A DNA stretch of 64,000 bases from NCBI GenBank assembly GCA_023409675.1, contig JAEYRC010000393.1, positions 6,621 to 70,620 on the forward strand, given 5' to 3'. This document shows positions 46,797-55,768 of this stretch, piece after piece. The stretch comes from Bacteroidota bacterium (GTDB lineage Bacteria; Bacteroidota; Bacteroidia; Chitinophagales; Chitinophagaceae). The translations under genes and the position numbers were made by a program. The stretch's first letter is position 1. The number at the start of each line of letters is the position of its first letter. Below the pieces are notes generated by a model. The model ran no database searches. It was not told where the DNA came from and saw only the letters and a list, made by a program, of their open reading frames with translations.

Positions 46797-47513
46797 ATGA
46801 ATGACGTAAGCAATAAAGTGGCCTATATCACAGGCGGAAGCAAAGGCATTGGAATGGGTATTGCTAAAACTCTGCTCGACAAAGGCATGCGGGTGGCCAT
46901 TACCAGCCGCTCGTTGAAAGCAGCAAAAGAAGCAGCCGCGCAACTCAATGCTGATTCCGGAAAAGTTCTGGCATTGGAATCGGATGTAAGTTCAGCCGCC
47001 TCTGAGCAAAAGGCTATCGATGCTGTGCTGGAACATTTCGGGCAATTGGATGTTGTAGTAGCCAATGCCGGTGTTGGTCATCTGGTTAGCTTTGAAGAGC
47101 TTACCGAAGCACAATGGACAGAGACTATATCAACTAACCTTACCGGGGTGTTCAATACCGTTAAAGCTGCATTATCTGCGCTAAAAAAATCAAAAGGATA
47201 TATAATAACCATAGCCAGTCTGGCTGGTGCCAATTTCTTTGAAAATGGCACAGCCTATAATGCCAGTAAATTCGGCCTGGTGGGTTTCACCCAGGCGCTC
47301 ATGCTCGATCTGCGCAAGCATGATATTAAGGTTACTACGATCATGCCCGGCTCGGTAGCCACCAATTTCAATGACCATACTGTTACAGAGGCGGATGCCT
47401 GGAAAATTCAACCGGAAGATGTGGGACAACTGGTTTCAGACCTGCTCAGCATGCATCCCCGCGTATTGCCCAGTAAGATAGAGGTGCGGCCATCCAAACC
47501 GCAAAAAGGATAA
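46797..47513 (+). CDS. SDR family oxidoreductase
   Basis: 238 aa. It has the cofactor motif TGGSKGIG, an NAG triplet and the catalytic YNASK. Confidence 0.85.
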   Translation: MNDVSNKVAYITGGSKGIGMGIAKTLLDKGMRVAITSRSLKAAKEAAAQLNADSGKVLALESDVSSAASEQKAIDAVLEHFGQLDVVVANAGVGHLVSFEELTEAQWTETISTNLTGVFNTVKAALSALKKSKGYIITIASLAGANFFENGTAYNASKFGLVGFTQALMLDLRKHDIKVTTIMPGSVATNFNDHTVTEADAWKIQPEDVGQLVSDLLSMHPRVLPSKIEVRPSKPQKG

Positions 47514-47579
47514 TTGCATGTAATAATTACGCGCATGTAGCGTGCAATTGCACTGCTTTACAGAAATCAATTCAGCATT

Positions 47580-47942
47580 ATGAAAAACAGCAGCACTCAT
47601 GATCAGCGTATCGCGGATATGACCTTTTCTTCTGTATATCCACATTACATAACGAAAGTGGAAAAGAAAGGCAGAACGAAGGCAGAACTGGATCAGGTTA
47701 TCGAATGGCTTACCGGCTTCAATTCCGAGAAAATTCAGGAGCTGATCGACCGTAAAGTGACCTTCAAAACCTTTTTTGAAGAAGCTACACTACACCCCAA
47801 CGCCGCTATGATCACCGGGTTGATTTGTGGGTACAGGGTAGAAGAAATTGCTAATCCGCTGACGCAGCAAACCCGCTATCTCGATAAACTGGTGGATGAA
47901 CTTGCCAAAGGCAGGAAGATGGAAAAGATTCTGCGTAGCTGA
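47580..47942 (+). CDS. DUF2200-like small cytoplasmic protein
   Basis: 120 aa. I recognise the FSSVYPHYITKVEKKGRTKAELDQVIEWLTGF block as DUF2200-like from memory. It has not been searched. Confidence 0.6.
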   Translation: MKNSSTHDQRIADMTFSSVYPHYITKVEKKGRTKAELDQVIEWLTGFNSEKIQELIDRKVTFKTFFEEATLHPNAAMITGLICGYRVEEIANPLTQQTRYLDKLVDELAKGRKMEKILRS

Positions 47943-48082
47943 CATCAGTTTAATGCAGTATAAGTTCAATTGCGGTTTATCATAAGTTCTTAGCGATAGA
48001 TCAGTCATCAGAAGCTTTTTAATAACGATACTATCAATTTAACAGGCGCTACGATAAACATATATCATCAAAGCCGGGTGCA

Positions 48083-48150
48083 CGCGCCGGAGGCGCGAAA
48101 GGTCAATAGTAAGTATTCTTATCCCAACCCCCTGACAGCTCCGTAGGAGC
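48083..48150. repeat. Two short GC hairpins of REP-like intergenic type
   Basis: The first is cgcgcc-gga-ggcgcg (48083-48097). The second is gctcc-gta-ggagc (48138-48150). Both lie in the 237-nt gap between convergent genes. Confidence 0.45.
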
Positions 48151-48179
48151 GAAACAAAACACTTAATAATTTAGATTAT

Positions 48180-48584
48180 CTACCGATTCAACGAAACTGA
48201 GGATACAGCCAATCGGGGCAAAGACAATTTATTTCGATAGATATATGATACCGCAAGAATTCCCAGAACGACCAGTGGCATGATCATAAAGCCAATATTC
48301 TGATCTACCACAGCATGGCTGATGAATGCAAAGATCAAATTGAAACTCAAACCAGCATAAGCCCATTCAACCAATTTTGGGGGGAGTTTGGGAATGGATA
48401 TAGCGATTACACCCAGCACTTTTGCAAAAATAAGCGCATAGGCAAAGTAGTCGGGATAGCCCAGGGGTTTGGTACCCAGATTTACATTTTCCGGAGAAAA
48501 GAGAACGGTTCCAAGGGGCATAACACCTTCCCAAAGAACGATCAGCAGGGTGGCCACCCAAAAGATGATTTTGTGTTTTTTCAT
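48180..48584 (-). CDS. DoxX-like family membrane protein
   Basis: I place the start at ATG 48584 (MKKHKIIFWVATLL). The track start at 48611 is a TTG that overlaps the upstream gene. The protein has 4 TM helices. Confidence 0.7.
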   Translation of the reverse strand: MKKHKIIFWVATLLIVLWEGVMPLGTVLFSPENVNLGTKPLGYPDYFAYALIFAKVLGVIAISIPKLPPKLVEWAYAGLSFNLIFAFISHAVVDQNIGFMIMPLVVLGILAVSYIYRNKLSLPRLAVSSVSLNR

Positions 48585-48607
48585 GAGTTCAAAAATTGAA
48601 GGTTCTA

Positions 48608-49030
48608 TCAAAAACCGGATTCAGTATATCGTACGAAATTATTCAGGATAGCCTGCCAGCCCTGCATTTGAAACTCCGGATCATTTTCAGATTCAGGATC
48701 AAATACCGTTTTGATCGAGGTATTACCGTTTGTTTCTGAAAAATCAGTAACAACTGTTCTACCATCACTCATCGTATAGGCAATTTGCCTGTGTGGATCC
48801 ACCACATCATAAACACCTTCAAAGTCAAACCCGAAACTTCCATCTTTGGCCTCCATGCGGTGTCTGAATTTGCCACCAGGGCGCAGGTCATTCTCACTCG
48901 ACGGACAGTGCCAGCCGGGGTCAGCGCTGTTCCATTGCATGATATGTTCAGGAGCATTCCAGGATTCCCAAACTTTAGTCATCGGGGCATTAACAGTTGC
49001 TTCAATGGATATTTTTTGCCGGGTAGTCAT
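48608..49030 (-). CDS. SRPBCC / AHSA1 (Activator of Hsp90 ATPase-like) domain protein
   Basis: 140 aa. The pattern ISIEATVNAPMTKVWESWNAPEHIMQW...DGSFGFDFEGVY is typical of the AHSA1/START-like fold. Confidence 0.8.
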   Translation of the reverse strand: MTTRQKISIEATVNAPMTKVWESWNAPEHIMQWNSADPGWHCPSSENDLRPGGKFRHRMEAKDGSFGFDFEGVYDVVDPHRQIAYTMSDGRTVVTDFSETNGNTSIKTVFDPESENDPEFQMQGWQAILNNFVRYTESGF

Positions 49031-49327
49031 GGCTGAACTTTTTGAAGGTTTAGGCTATTGTAAAAGTAATATGGAGTGGATGTATTTGCAGGTTGTATAT
49101 GTGACAAATTAAGGGGTGATATGTGCCAAAATGAAGAATTAAATGCGTTAGAAGAGCCAGATTTAAAAGCAAAGCAGTATCTGAAACGGCAATATCATCA
49201 TCAAATTACGCTAAAGAATGAGCACTTATGGATTGAACTTACGATTTCATAAATATGGAGATACTTCAATAGTATTGAAGCTAGCCAGAGTCACCACCAC
49301 CTAACTCAGAACCCATTTATTAATTCC

Positions 49328-50719
49328 CTAACGCCAGCCGCCACCCAGCGCCCGGTACAAATTAACCGTAGCCCGAAATTGTTGCAGCCGGTCATTAACA
49401 TCACCAATTTCCGCAGCAAGTAAACTCTGACGCGCGGTGATGATCTCTACATAGTTTCCAAAACCGTTGTTAAGCAGTTCCTGCGTATACTCCACCGACT
49501 TTTGAAGAGCATCCATCTGATTTGAGCGGATCGCAATTTTTTCTATTGCATGCTGATGCAGGGAGAGGGCATCGGAAACCTCGCGCCCCGCATTTAATAA
49601 CGAATTTTGAAAACCCAGCAGGGCTTCACGCTGCTGCGAAAGAGCCACCTCCAGCCGCGTACGGTTTGCACGGCGATTGAAAACAGGCTGGGTTAAACCC
49701 GCGCCAATCGACGCTACAAATGATGCGGGATCGAAAATATTGGCAAAAGACAACGCGTTTAAACCCGTTGACCCGGTTATAATTAGCGACGGATAAAAGA
49801 ACGTCCGCGCCACATTGCTCATTTCAAAAAAATACCGGAAATTCTGTTCGGCCTGAATAATATCCGGTCTGTTGGCCATCAGCAGAGCAGGAACGCCTGT
49901 TGTCAGATTTCGGTTTGGCATTGCCGTTTGTAAACTCCCTCTGGCTATGGCAGCAGGTGCCTGTCCTAATAAAATGCTGATCGTATTTTCTGTTTCCCGA
50001 ATGCTTTGCTTCAAATCAGGAATGGTTACTTCCGCAGCATAACGCTGGGCCTCACTCTGTACTACAGCCGCTTCAGTGACCCTTGCCGAAACCTTCAGCG
50101 CACGCATGGTGCTTACCGTAGAATCCCAATTGGCCACCGTCTGATTTGTTATCGCTAACTGCTGATCTAAAGCGAGTAAGTTATAATAGAGGTTAGCCAG
50201 ATCGGCAACAAGCCTGGTTTGTACAGCTTTTCGAGCCGCATCTGTTTGCAGCAGATTAGCTAACGATGCCCGGCGGCTGCTTCTTAATCTCCCCCAGATA
50301 TCAGCTTCCCATGAACTCGACAAACCAAGTTGATACTGCGTGGCACTGGTTCGGATACCAAAACCCTGGGCTTCCGAAAGTTTAGAAATATTCACTCCCG
50401 CATTGGCATCCAGGGAGGGAAAAAAAGCCGCACGCGTTTGACGGTAGTAGGCTTCAGCCTGCTCCAGCCGCGCGTAGGCCATCTGCAGGTCCGGATTTTC
50501 TGCAATCCCTCTTTCAATCAATACCAACAACGCAGAATCTGTAAAAAACTGGTTCCAACTCAATTCAGCTATAGAAAAACTATCTGTCTGGAAAGTTTCC
50601 CGGTATAATCCCGCTGTCTCTGCCTCCGGCACCTGATAGGGCTGTACTACTTTGCAGGAGCTAAGTATCCAGCAGGGGAGAGAAAAAATGAGCAGGTATC
50701 GAAAGATTTTTTTCTTCAT
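49328..50719 (-). CDS. RND efflux outer-membrane factor (NodT-family lipoprotein)
   Basis: I place the start at ATG 50719 (MKKKIF...ILSSC|KV lipobox). It has TolC repeats and ends ALGGGW(R), as is typical for NodT. Confidence 0.85.
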   Translation of the reverse strand: MKKKIFRYLLIFSLPCWILSSCKVVQPYQVPEAETAGLYRETFQTDSFSIAELSWNQFFTDSALLVLIERGIAENPDLQMAYARLEQAEAYYRQTRAAFFPSLDANAGVNISKLSEAQGFGIRTSATQYQLGLSSSWEADIWGRLRSSRRASLANLLQTDAARKAVQTRLVADLANLYYNLLALDQQLAITNQTVANWDSTVSTMRALKVSARVTEAAVVQSEAQRYAAEVTIPDLKQSIRETENTISILLGQAPAAIARGSLQTAMPNRNLTTGVPALLMANRPDIIQAEQNFRYFFEMSNVARTFFYPSLIITGSTGLNALSFANIFDPASFVASIGAGLTQPVFNRRANRTRLEVALSQQREALLGFQNSLLNAGREVSDALSLHQHAIEKIAIRSNQMDALQKSVEYTQELLNNGFGNYVEIITARQSLLAAEIGDVNDRLQQFRATVNLYRALGGGWR

Positions 50720-50958
50720 GATCACATATTTTTTAAAACCGATATTTTGTTATCGGCTGCATCGCCCTGATTAGCTTCTCTTGCGACGCTCCGTTCAGCT
50801 TTTTGTTCTCTACTCAGCTTTTGTAACAGCCCTTGCAACGCATTTCCTCTACCCAATTATATCGGTTCTTCATAACGTTCTGCATTAACCGAATATAGTA
50901 TAACCTGTAATTATTCTATAGAGTTCTTATTGCGCTATGACCGTTCATTTCCATAACC

Positions 50959-53900
50959 CTAAGCGATTGCTTTATCGCTTTTCGGTAACGGAGCTCCGGA
51001 GATGCGTTCCTGCAATGCCTGAAATATCACGAAAAGTACAGGTATAACAAATATCCCAAACAGAGTTCCTATCAGCATACCACCTACCGCTCCGGTACCA
51101 ATCGACCGGTTTCCGGTGGCGCCCGCTCCCGATGAAAGCATCAGCGGAATAAGGCCGAATATGAAAGCAAATGATGTCATCAATATTGGACGAAGTCTCG
51201 CTTCGGCGCCCTCTACCGCAGCCTGTATCAGCGGCATCCCCTGCCTGCGGCGGTCTAAAGCAAACTCAACAATCAGAATCGCGTTTTTAGCCAGCAGCCC
51301 GACCAGCATTATCAGCGTTATCTGCAAATAGATATTATTGGTGATGCCGAATAGGTTGGCGAAAATAAACGCCCCGGCTAAGCCAATAGGCAACGACAGC
51401 AATATCGCGAAGGGAAGTATATAACTTTCATACTGTGCACTTAACAGCAGATAGATAAACAGGATCACCAGCAGAAATATGAATACAGTCTGCCCGCCTG
51501 CAGCCATTTCCTCCCGGGTCATTCCCGAATATTCGTAACTATAGCCCGGTGGAAGAAACTGTGTAGCTGTTTCTTGCACTGCCCGAATCGCATCGCCGGA
51601 GCTATACCCTTCATTTGGAGCGCCGGTGATGCTGATCGACGTGAATAAATTAAATCTTGTGATCGCCTGCGGTCCATACACCCTTTCGAGATTTATAAAA
51701 CCCGTTATCGGCGCCATAATCCCCCGGTTGTTTCTGACAAAAATATTATTAAGACTTTCCGGGTTTGATCTGAACTCAGGCTCTGCCTGATACATCACCC
51801 GAAACTGCTTTCCAAACTGGTTGAAATTTGATGCGTATACGCCGCCGTAATACCCCTGCAATGTATTCAGGATATCGTTTGTGGAGAGCCCGGCTTCTTT
51901 CGCTTTTGGCACATTTATATCGACCATATACTGCGGAAAATTCGGATTGAACGAGGTAGTAGCATACTGAATTTCCGGTCTTTGACCCAGCGCGGATAGA
52001 AAATCCTGGCTTACCTTATAAAAACTGGCGATATCCGATCCGGTCCGGTCCTGCAGTTCGAAAGAAAATCCACCCGAAATGCCAAAACCCTGTAAGGTGG
52101 GTGGGGCAAAGAAAACGACCCGCGCATCACGGATTCCGCTGGTTTTCGCAAATAGCTGGGCGATGAGCGATTTTACGTCCTGCCCCTTGTCTTTACGCTC
52201 CGACCAGGGCTTCAGTTTCATAATAACCATTCCATAATTGCTTCCTGCCCCACTGATCATTCCTCTGCCATCAATTTTTAAAATACTTTGTATTTCAGGA
52301 ATTGACCTGGCCAGGCGCTCTACTTCCTGGGTGATAGCTGCAGTTCGCTCAGTTGATGCTGAAGGAAGTAGAGCAATATCTGCCATGATTGACCCCATAT
52401 CTTCTTCCGGAACAAAGGCTGCCGGTGTACTGCGCATCAACAAAACAAAACCTGAGGCAAAAATGGCAATGCCTGCCCAGGCCAGCCATTTCTTTTTGAT
52501 GAGAAAGGAAACCGATCGTTTGTACTTAGCCGTTGTTGCATCAAAAGCCGTATTAAATGTGGTATAAAAACGCTGCAGTAAATTTTTTTTATGACCTTCT
52601 TCTGCATGAGGTTTTAAAAAGATGGCACATAGGGCGGGGCTGAGCGTTAACGCATTTACGGCTGATAGAAGAATGGCGATCGCCAGGGTTAAACCAAATT
52701 GTTTATAAAACACCCCCGCCGATCCGGAAATAAAACTTACGGGAACAAACACTGCAGCCATTACCAGTGTAATTGAAATGATTGCTCCCGTGATCTCGCT
52801 CATCGCGTCTTTTGTTGCCTGCAGGGAAGACTTGTATCCCTTATCGAGTTTGGCATGCACTGCTTCAACTACCACGATCGCGTCATCAACCACAATTCCG
52901 ATTGCCAGTACCAGTGCAAAGAGGGTTAGCAGGTTTATGGTGAACCCGAAAAGTCCCAGGAAGAAGAAAGTTCCCAGGATAGCCACTGGTACGGCGATAG
53001 CAGGAATCAGGGTCGAACGAAAATCTTGCAGAAAAATAAACACAACCAAAAACACAAGAATGAAAGCCTCAATCAAAGTGGTAATTACTTTACTGATGGA
53101 AGCATCGAGAAAATCATTTGCGTTAACAAGATTTACATAGCTGATGCCTTCGGGAAAACTTTTCGCGGCTTCATTCAGAACCTCTAAGCTTCCTTCGATC
53201 ACCTGTTGAGCGTTCGAGCCGGCGGTCTGGCTAATCGCAACGCCCACAGACGGATTTCCATTGGTAGTAGAACTACTGGCGTAGCTCATGGCGCCGAGTT
53301 CAATGCGTGCAACATCTTTCAAACGCAGTAACTGACCACTGCCTGCAGAACGCAGGATCATGTCACCAAATTCTTCAGCGGATTGTAATCTCCCTTTGTA
53401 CTTAATTATGTATTGAAAAGATTGATCACCCTGTTCTCCAAACTGGCCTGGGGCGGCTTCAATATTTTGTTCTGCCAGCGCTGACGATACATCAGCGGGC
53501 ACTAATCCATAACTGGCCATCACATCGGGCTTTAGCCATATCCGCATGGAATAATCCATCCGGCCAAACGCGCTGGCATCTCCAACACCGGGTACCCGCT
53601 TGATCAGCGGCACCAGGTTGATCTCCGCATAATTCTGTAAAAAGGTTTGATCGTAGGCGGGGTTGCTGCTGAACAGGGAAAAGATGACCAGATTGCTGCT
53701 CTGGCTTTTTCTGGTGGTCACCCCCGATCTGGTGACTTCCTGCGGTAGCTGCGGAGTGGCCAGGTTCACCCGGTTCTGTACATTCACCGAAGCTATGTCC
53801 GGATCAACACCCAGTTTGAAGTTAACCGTTATCCGGGCTGTACCGTCATTACCGGCAGAGGAAGTCATATAGGTCATTCCTTCCACGCCATTGATCTGTT

Positions 53901-54099
53901 CTTCCAGGGGGATTACCACACTGTTAAGCACTACATCTGCATTGGCGCCCTGATAAGAGGCGGACACCACCACCGTGGGTGGTGCAATCTCCGGATATTG
54001 CGATACCGGTAGAGATATCAGCCCCAGAATACCCAGTATTACAATAAGTACGGATATTACGCTGGATAAAACAGGCCTTTCGATGAAACGGTTAAACAT
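50959..54099 (-). CDS. RND efflux permease, AcrB/HAE1 family (paralog of 41423-44584)
   Basis: 1046 aa with the N-terminus MFNRFIERPVLS. By eye it is about 60% identical to the other permease over the first 110 aa. Confidence 0.92.
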   Translation of the reverse strand: MFNRFIERPVLSSVISVLIVILGILGLISLPVSQYPEIAPPTVVVSASYQGANADVVLNSVVIPLEEQINGVEGMTYMTSSAGNDGTARITVNFKLGVDPDIASVNVQNRVNLATPQLPQEVTRSGVTTRKSQSSNLVIFSLFSSNPAYDQTFLQNYAEINLVPLIKRVPGVGDASAFGRMDYSMRIWLKPDVMASYGLVPADVSSALAEQNIEAAPGQFGEQGDQSFQYIIKYKGRLQSAEEFGDMILRSAGSGQLLRLKDVARIELGAMSYASSSTTNGNPSVGVAISQTAGSNAQQVIEGSLEVLNEAAKSFPEGISYVNLVNANDFLDASISKVITTLIEAFILVFLVVFIFLQDFRSTLIPAIAVPVAILGTFFFLGLFGFTINLLTLFALVLAIGIVVDDAIVVVEAVHAKLDKGYKSSLQATKDAMSEITGAIISITLVMAAVFVPVSFISGSAGVFYKQFGLTLAIAILLSAVNALTLSPALCAIFLKPHAEEGHKKNLLQRFYTTFNTAFDATTAKYKRSVSFLIKKKWLAWAGIAIFASGFVLLMRSTPAAFVPEEDMGSIMADIALLPSASTERTAAITQEVERLARSIPEIQSILKIDGRGMISGAGSNYGMVIMKLKPWSERKDKGQDVKSLIAQLFAKTSGIRDARVVFFAPPTLQGFGISGGFSFELQDRTGSDIASFYKVSQDFLSALGQRPEIQYATTSFNPNFPQYMVDINVPKAKEAGLSTNDILNTLQGYYGGVYASNFNQFGKQFRVMYQAEPEFRSNPESLNNIFVRNNRGIMAPITGFINLERVYGPQAITRFNLFTSISITGAPNEGYSSGDAIRAVQETATQFLPPGYSYEYSGMTREEMAAGGQTVFIFLLVILFIYLLLSAQYESYILPFAILLSLPIGLAGAFIFANLFGITNNIYLQITLIMLVGLLAKNAILIVEFALDRRRQGMPLIQAAVEGAEARLRPILMTSFAFIFGLIPLMLSSGAGATGNRSIGTGAVGGMLIGTLFGIFVIPVLFVIFQALQERISGAPLPKSDKAIA

Positions 54100-54135
54100 A
54101 GTCTATTCTTTTGCTCCTGTCACTAAAAATCCCGG

Positions 54136-55323
54136 TCATCGGGCGGAATCGCTACTGTTTATGGGCTGGTTAAAAACACTGTCGGCAGATAGTTTCCTCG
54201 GGTCTATTTTCATGTTTTCATATAGTCCGCCAACACCTTCCAGAACAATCATATCTCCGGCTTTAAGGCCGTCTTCTACTACAAAGAATTGCCCGCCGCT
54301 ATCCGGTCTTATCCGGATTGGAACGCTTCTAACCGAGGCCGAATCGGTTACCAGATAAACAAATTGTTTACCCTGAATTTCGTACGTGGATTTTTGGGGT
54401 ACCAGCAGAGCATTTTGGAGCGTCACCGGAATGCGTACAGTGCCGGTACTGCCGCTTCTTACTGTACGGTTGGGGTTCGGAAAAGTTGCCCTAACCCGTA
54501 CTGATCCGGTTTCTGTGTTAATTAGTCCGCTGGCAGTTTCCACCTGACCCTTATGAGGAAATTCACTGCCATTGGCCAGCAACAGACTAACCGGAGGAAT
54601 AGATTTCAGGCGTTCCTGTATGGTTGCGCCCCGGGTGGTGCTCGCAAATTCAAGAGCCTGCTTTTCATTGATCGAAAAATAGGCGAAAATATTGCCGATA
54701 TTCGATACAGTGGTGAGCGGTTGTGCCGTATTGCTACTCACCAGGCTGCCGATTTTATAAGGAATATTGCCAATAACGCCGTTCACCGGACTGGTAACGA
54801 TGGTATAGCTCTGATTGGTTCTCGCATTTGAAAGGGTTGCTTCTGCCTGAGCCAGGGTGGCGCGCGCCGATTGAAGGCGGAATTCCGCGGATTCAAGCTC
54901 ATACTGACTGATAATATTCTTTTCAACCAGCGGCCGTACTTTGTTAACTTCCATCTCAGCGGAATTAACATTTGCCTGAGCGATTTTAATATTCGCCTGG
55001 GCAGTATTTACTTCCTGGGCATATTGTGGAGCGAAGATTTGAAACAGTTTCTGCCCTGTCTTTACGGAAGCGCCTTCATCTACAAAAATATGTTCGATAT
55101 ATCCGTCAATCTTCGGCCTGATCTCAATATTTTGCTGGCCTTCGATCGTTGCGGGATATTCACTGTGTAGGGTCGTTGTGCGGGGTTGAATCTCTATAAC
55201 CGGATAGGATTTCGGAGCCTCATTTCGGGGGCTGCTTTGTTGTTCGCTACAGGAAGCAGCACTTACAACTAAAATTAAGGCGAGCATACAGGAATAAACC
55301 CCGGGTTGTATTATTTTATACAT
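54136..55323 (-). CDS. RND efflux periplasmic adaptor
   Basis: I place the start at ATG 55323 (MYKIIQPGVYSCMLALILVVSAASC|SE). The track start at 55374 is a TTG. It has the membrane-fusion-protein lipoyl and beta-barrel motifs. Confidence 0.85.
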   Translation of the reverse strand: MYKIIQPGVYSCMLALILVVSAASCSEQQSSPRNEAPKSYPVIEIQPRTTTLHSEYPATIEGQQNIEIRPKIDGYIEHIFVDEGASVKTGQKLFQIFAPQYAQEVNTAQANIKIAQANVNSAEMEVNKVRPLVEKNIISQYELESAEFRLQSARATLAQAEATLSNARTNQSYTIVTSPVNGVIGNIPYKIGSLVSSNTAQPLTTVSNIGNIFAYFSINEKQALEFASTTRGATIQERLKSIPPVSLLLANGSEFPHKGQVETASGLINTETGSVRVRATFPNPNRTVRSGSTGTVRIPVTLQNALLVPQKSTYEIQGKQFVYLVTDSASVRSVPIRIRPDSGGQFFVVEDGLKAGDMIVLEGVGGLYENMKIDPRKLSADSVFNQPINSSDSAR

Positions 55324-55768
55324 AGTATATAATCTGAACGGCGTAAAAATGGAGAATGCTTTTGAGAAAGGCAATCGGGTGCAAAGTTCTGCTTATTTTG
55401 ACTATAATCCATCAATAAACCTGTTGGTGGATGTTAAGTTTTGAAAACAGCCGGTTTTCAAGTTGAGTTTTTTCCTAAAGTTCTTTTATTTGATTATGTG
55501 GCCTCTTGCGACAAAGTTCTGCTGTTAACATCCTCGTTATACCACTATACAAAATGACCAGAGAACTAAGAAGCTCATCAATATCAGTAAATGCATTTCC
55601 ACCTGGGGTTTCTTTTTCTGTAATTTCAGCTATAATTCGGAAGGATTGTTCTGGCCAAGATATTATCTTTGGTAGATCAGGTACTGTTACATTGATGGTA
55701 CTTAGAACAAATTCGGCAGCATTGAAAAAGTCTGCTGTTCTTATTACTCAAACCAGAATCTAATTGCT

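Noticed and set aside
50740-50760. The hairpin ccgata-acaaaa-tatcgg on the minus strand, just upstream of the outer-membrane-factor start, might be an internal terminator in the second RND operon.
   Set aside because: It is a 6-bp AT-rich stem immediately before a start codon. It is plausible but not distinguishable from chance.
55506-55763. An 85-aa ORF in the divergent region between the RND adaptor and the S9 peptidase.
   Set aside because: It starts with a non-ATG codon, has no motifs and occupies what should be the promoter region for both flanking operons.
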